Assembly: GCA_002633005.1 (NCBI GenBank)
Contig: NMRA01000099.1
Coordinates: forward strand, 62,001-126,000
Length of the DNA stretch: 64,000 bases
Direction: 5' to 3'
Origin: Phoronis australis
Taxonomy: Eukaryota > Animalia > Phoronida
How positions within the stretch are numbered: the stretch's first letter is position 1; every line of letters begins with the position of its first letter. Under the pieces are notes generated by a model, which made no database searches, was not told where the DNA came from, and was given only the letters and a program-made list of their open reading frames with translations. Shown one piece after another: positions 62,551 to 64,000 of this stretch. The position numbers were made by a program, and so were the translations under genes.

Positions 62551-63852
62551 AAAATGCCATATCATGACATTTTGATATAGCACACACAAGTCGAACAAAC
62601 TGGCAATATCTAAAAGTTGAGATAAACATACAAGTTGTTGTTATGGAATCCATATAGGAAGCACACAGACCCTACTTTAGAAAAGCTGGTGCTTAATACA
62701 TTATCTGTAGAAGCCCAATTTTTTATGTTAGAGTATCATGCACTATAGCCATGCCATTACAATATCTTAGCAACCGAGAATGATATAAGAGCTTCTGAAT
62801 ATTAAACAATGACACAAAAATGTCAAGTGTTGTGAATTATCAGGGTGGAATTAATTTTGAGTCATTCACCAGAAAACTCAAATGACAAGATTAAATTATT
62901 GAGTAGGAGTAGTGCTGAAGGGAGACATATACTGAGATATATATCTCAAGAGGGTACTGACTAAAACACAGGGATATGAGAGTGCCAGAAGACAAATCTC
63001 GCACAAAAAGGAGAATTTTTCACACATTCAACAGTTTCCATTATTCTTACCAGTTTACAACACAGAGAGTTTTATCAGTTGAAACAACAGCCTTGACCCT
63101 CCCTCCCAAAGGTATACTATTTGTAACAGTGAAAATGGAAATGATAAAAATTAAATGCAAACAATGCTGTACTGAAAAAAGAAATAAGGTCTCTGCCACA
63201 AATATTGATGCAGGGTTGCATTACACGAGGCAAAACACGTAAGGAACACTTGTAGCAACAAACAGGCCTACTCAGCAGAAAGTATGTTTACTTAAATCAG
63301 AACTTGCAGGATAATTCCTTCTCTCTGTGATTGCTTGGCCAAATTAGTTAGAAACACAAAATATAAGGACGATGTGAGTATGAAGTAGGTTTAAAGATGC
63401 CAAACATTTTTAAGGTGTTTTGGGATTAAAATTATCTGCCGCGAATCACTGAACCATGTCCAGGGGTGCTGGGGAATAACACTGCATGATGCCTGCTATG
63501 TGAGCCCGCGAGGTATGTCATTAGTGCAAAGATCACCTATTTACACAACTTTTGGTTTTCACACTTACAAGTTGTCAGTGAATACAGAAGCACTTTGTTT
63601 AGCGTAGATGATGTTCTGTACTTTAGTTCATGCTATACACTACCATTAGCTTGGAGTACGCAAATTTCTTTACAATATTCTACACTAGATCAACATTCAA
63701 GCCTTGCCAACCAATCAATTTAGTGGCAGCCATTTAGCTCTGACAAGCTAATTAATAGCGTCGCGAGCTTACTCGCGAAACACTCGCCTTTCACTCGCCC
63801 CAGTGTTATGATCACAAGAAACTTGACTCTTGGAACAAACCCCGGTACTTAC

Positions 63853-63963
63853 GCATTTATCTATACATTGTTTTCCTTTGGCCACAAGGATGTGAACAGC
63901 CAGCAGAGCAGGACTGGCATCCAGGCTGTTGAGTACTTGTCGGATATCACGGGGAACCACCCA
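63853..63963 (-). CDS. INTS8: INTS8 exon (most 5' exon in window; gene continues beyond 64000)
   Basis: ttgcag|WVVPRDIRQVLNSLDASPALLAVHILVAKGKQCIDKC|gtaagt; in phase with the next exon. Confidence 0.8.
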
Positions 63964-64000
63964 CTGCAAATATGAGAATGACTGAAACCCCCAACAAAGG

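Overview
AT-rich, intron- and transposon-rich metazoan DNA, probably from a marine invertebrate. It is a draft assembly with an N gap at 8325-8579 and single Ns at 15317 and 52501. Host genes: (1) the last four exons of a MOXD1/DBH-like copper monooxygenase (+, 2338-5366); (2) a small secreted PAN/Apple-domain gene with a CRE/TATA/Inr promoter (+, from 11361); (3) a candidate coiled-coil terminal exon (+, 17570-18043); (4) a BTB plus 10x C2H2 zinc-finger gene with an intronless CDS (+, 27698-29584); (5) the ten 3' coding exons of Integrator subunit 8, INTS8 (-, 63963 to 33242), convergent with the BTB-ZF gene. A ~4.7 kb tandem duplication joined by a single N duplicates one frame-asymmetric 110-nt INTS8 exon; this is more likely a haplotype artefact than alternative exons. 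The rest is nested mobile DNA: degenerate HERO non-LTR elements (one head-to-tail), Harbinger/ISL2EU-like, Kolobok-like and Tc1/pogo-like TIR elements (one with a HIRAN-like ORF), a 9-bp-TSD family that splits a THAP gene, and Helentron-like elements carrying CTCF-like motifs. All family assignments come from recalled motifs, not database searches. I did not find a clearly new biological system.
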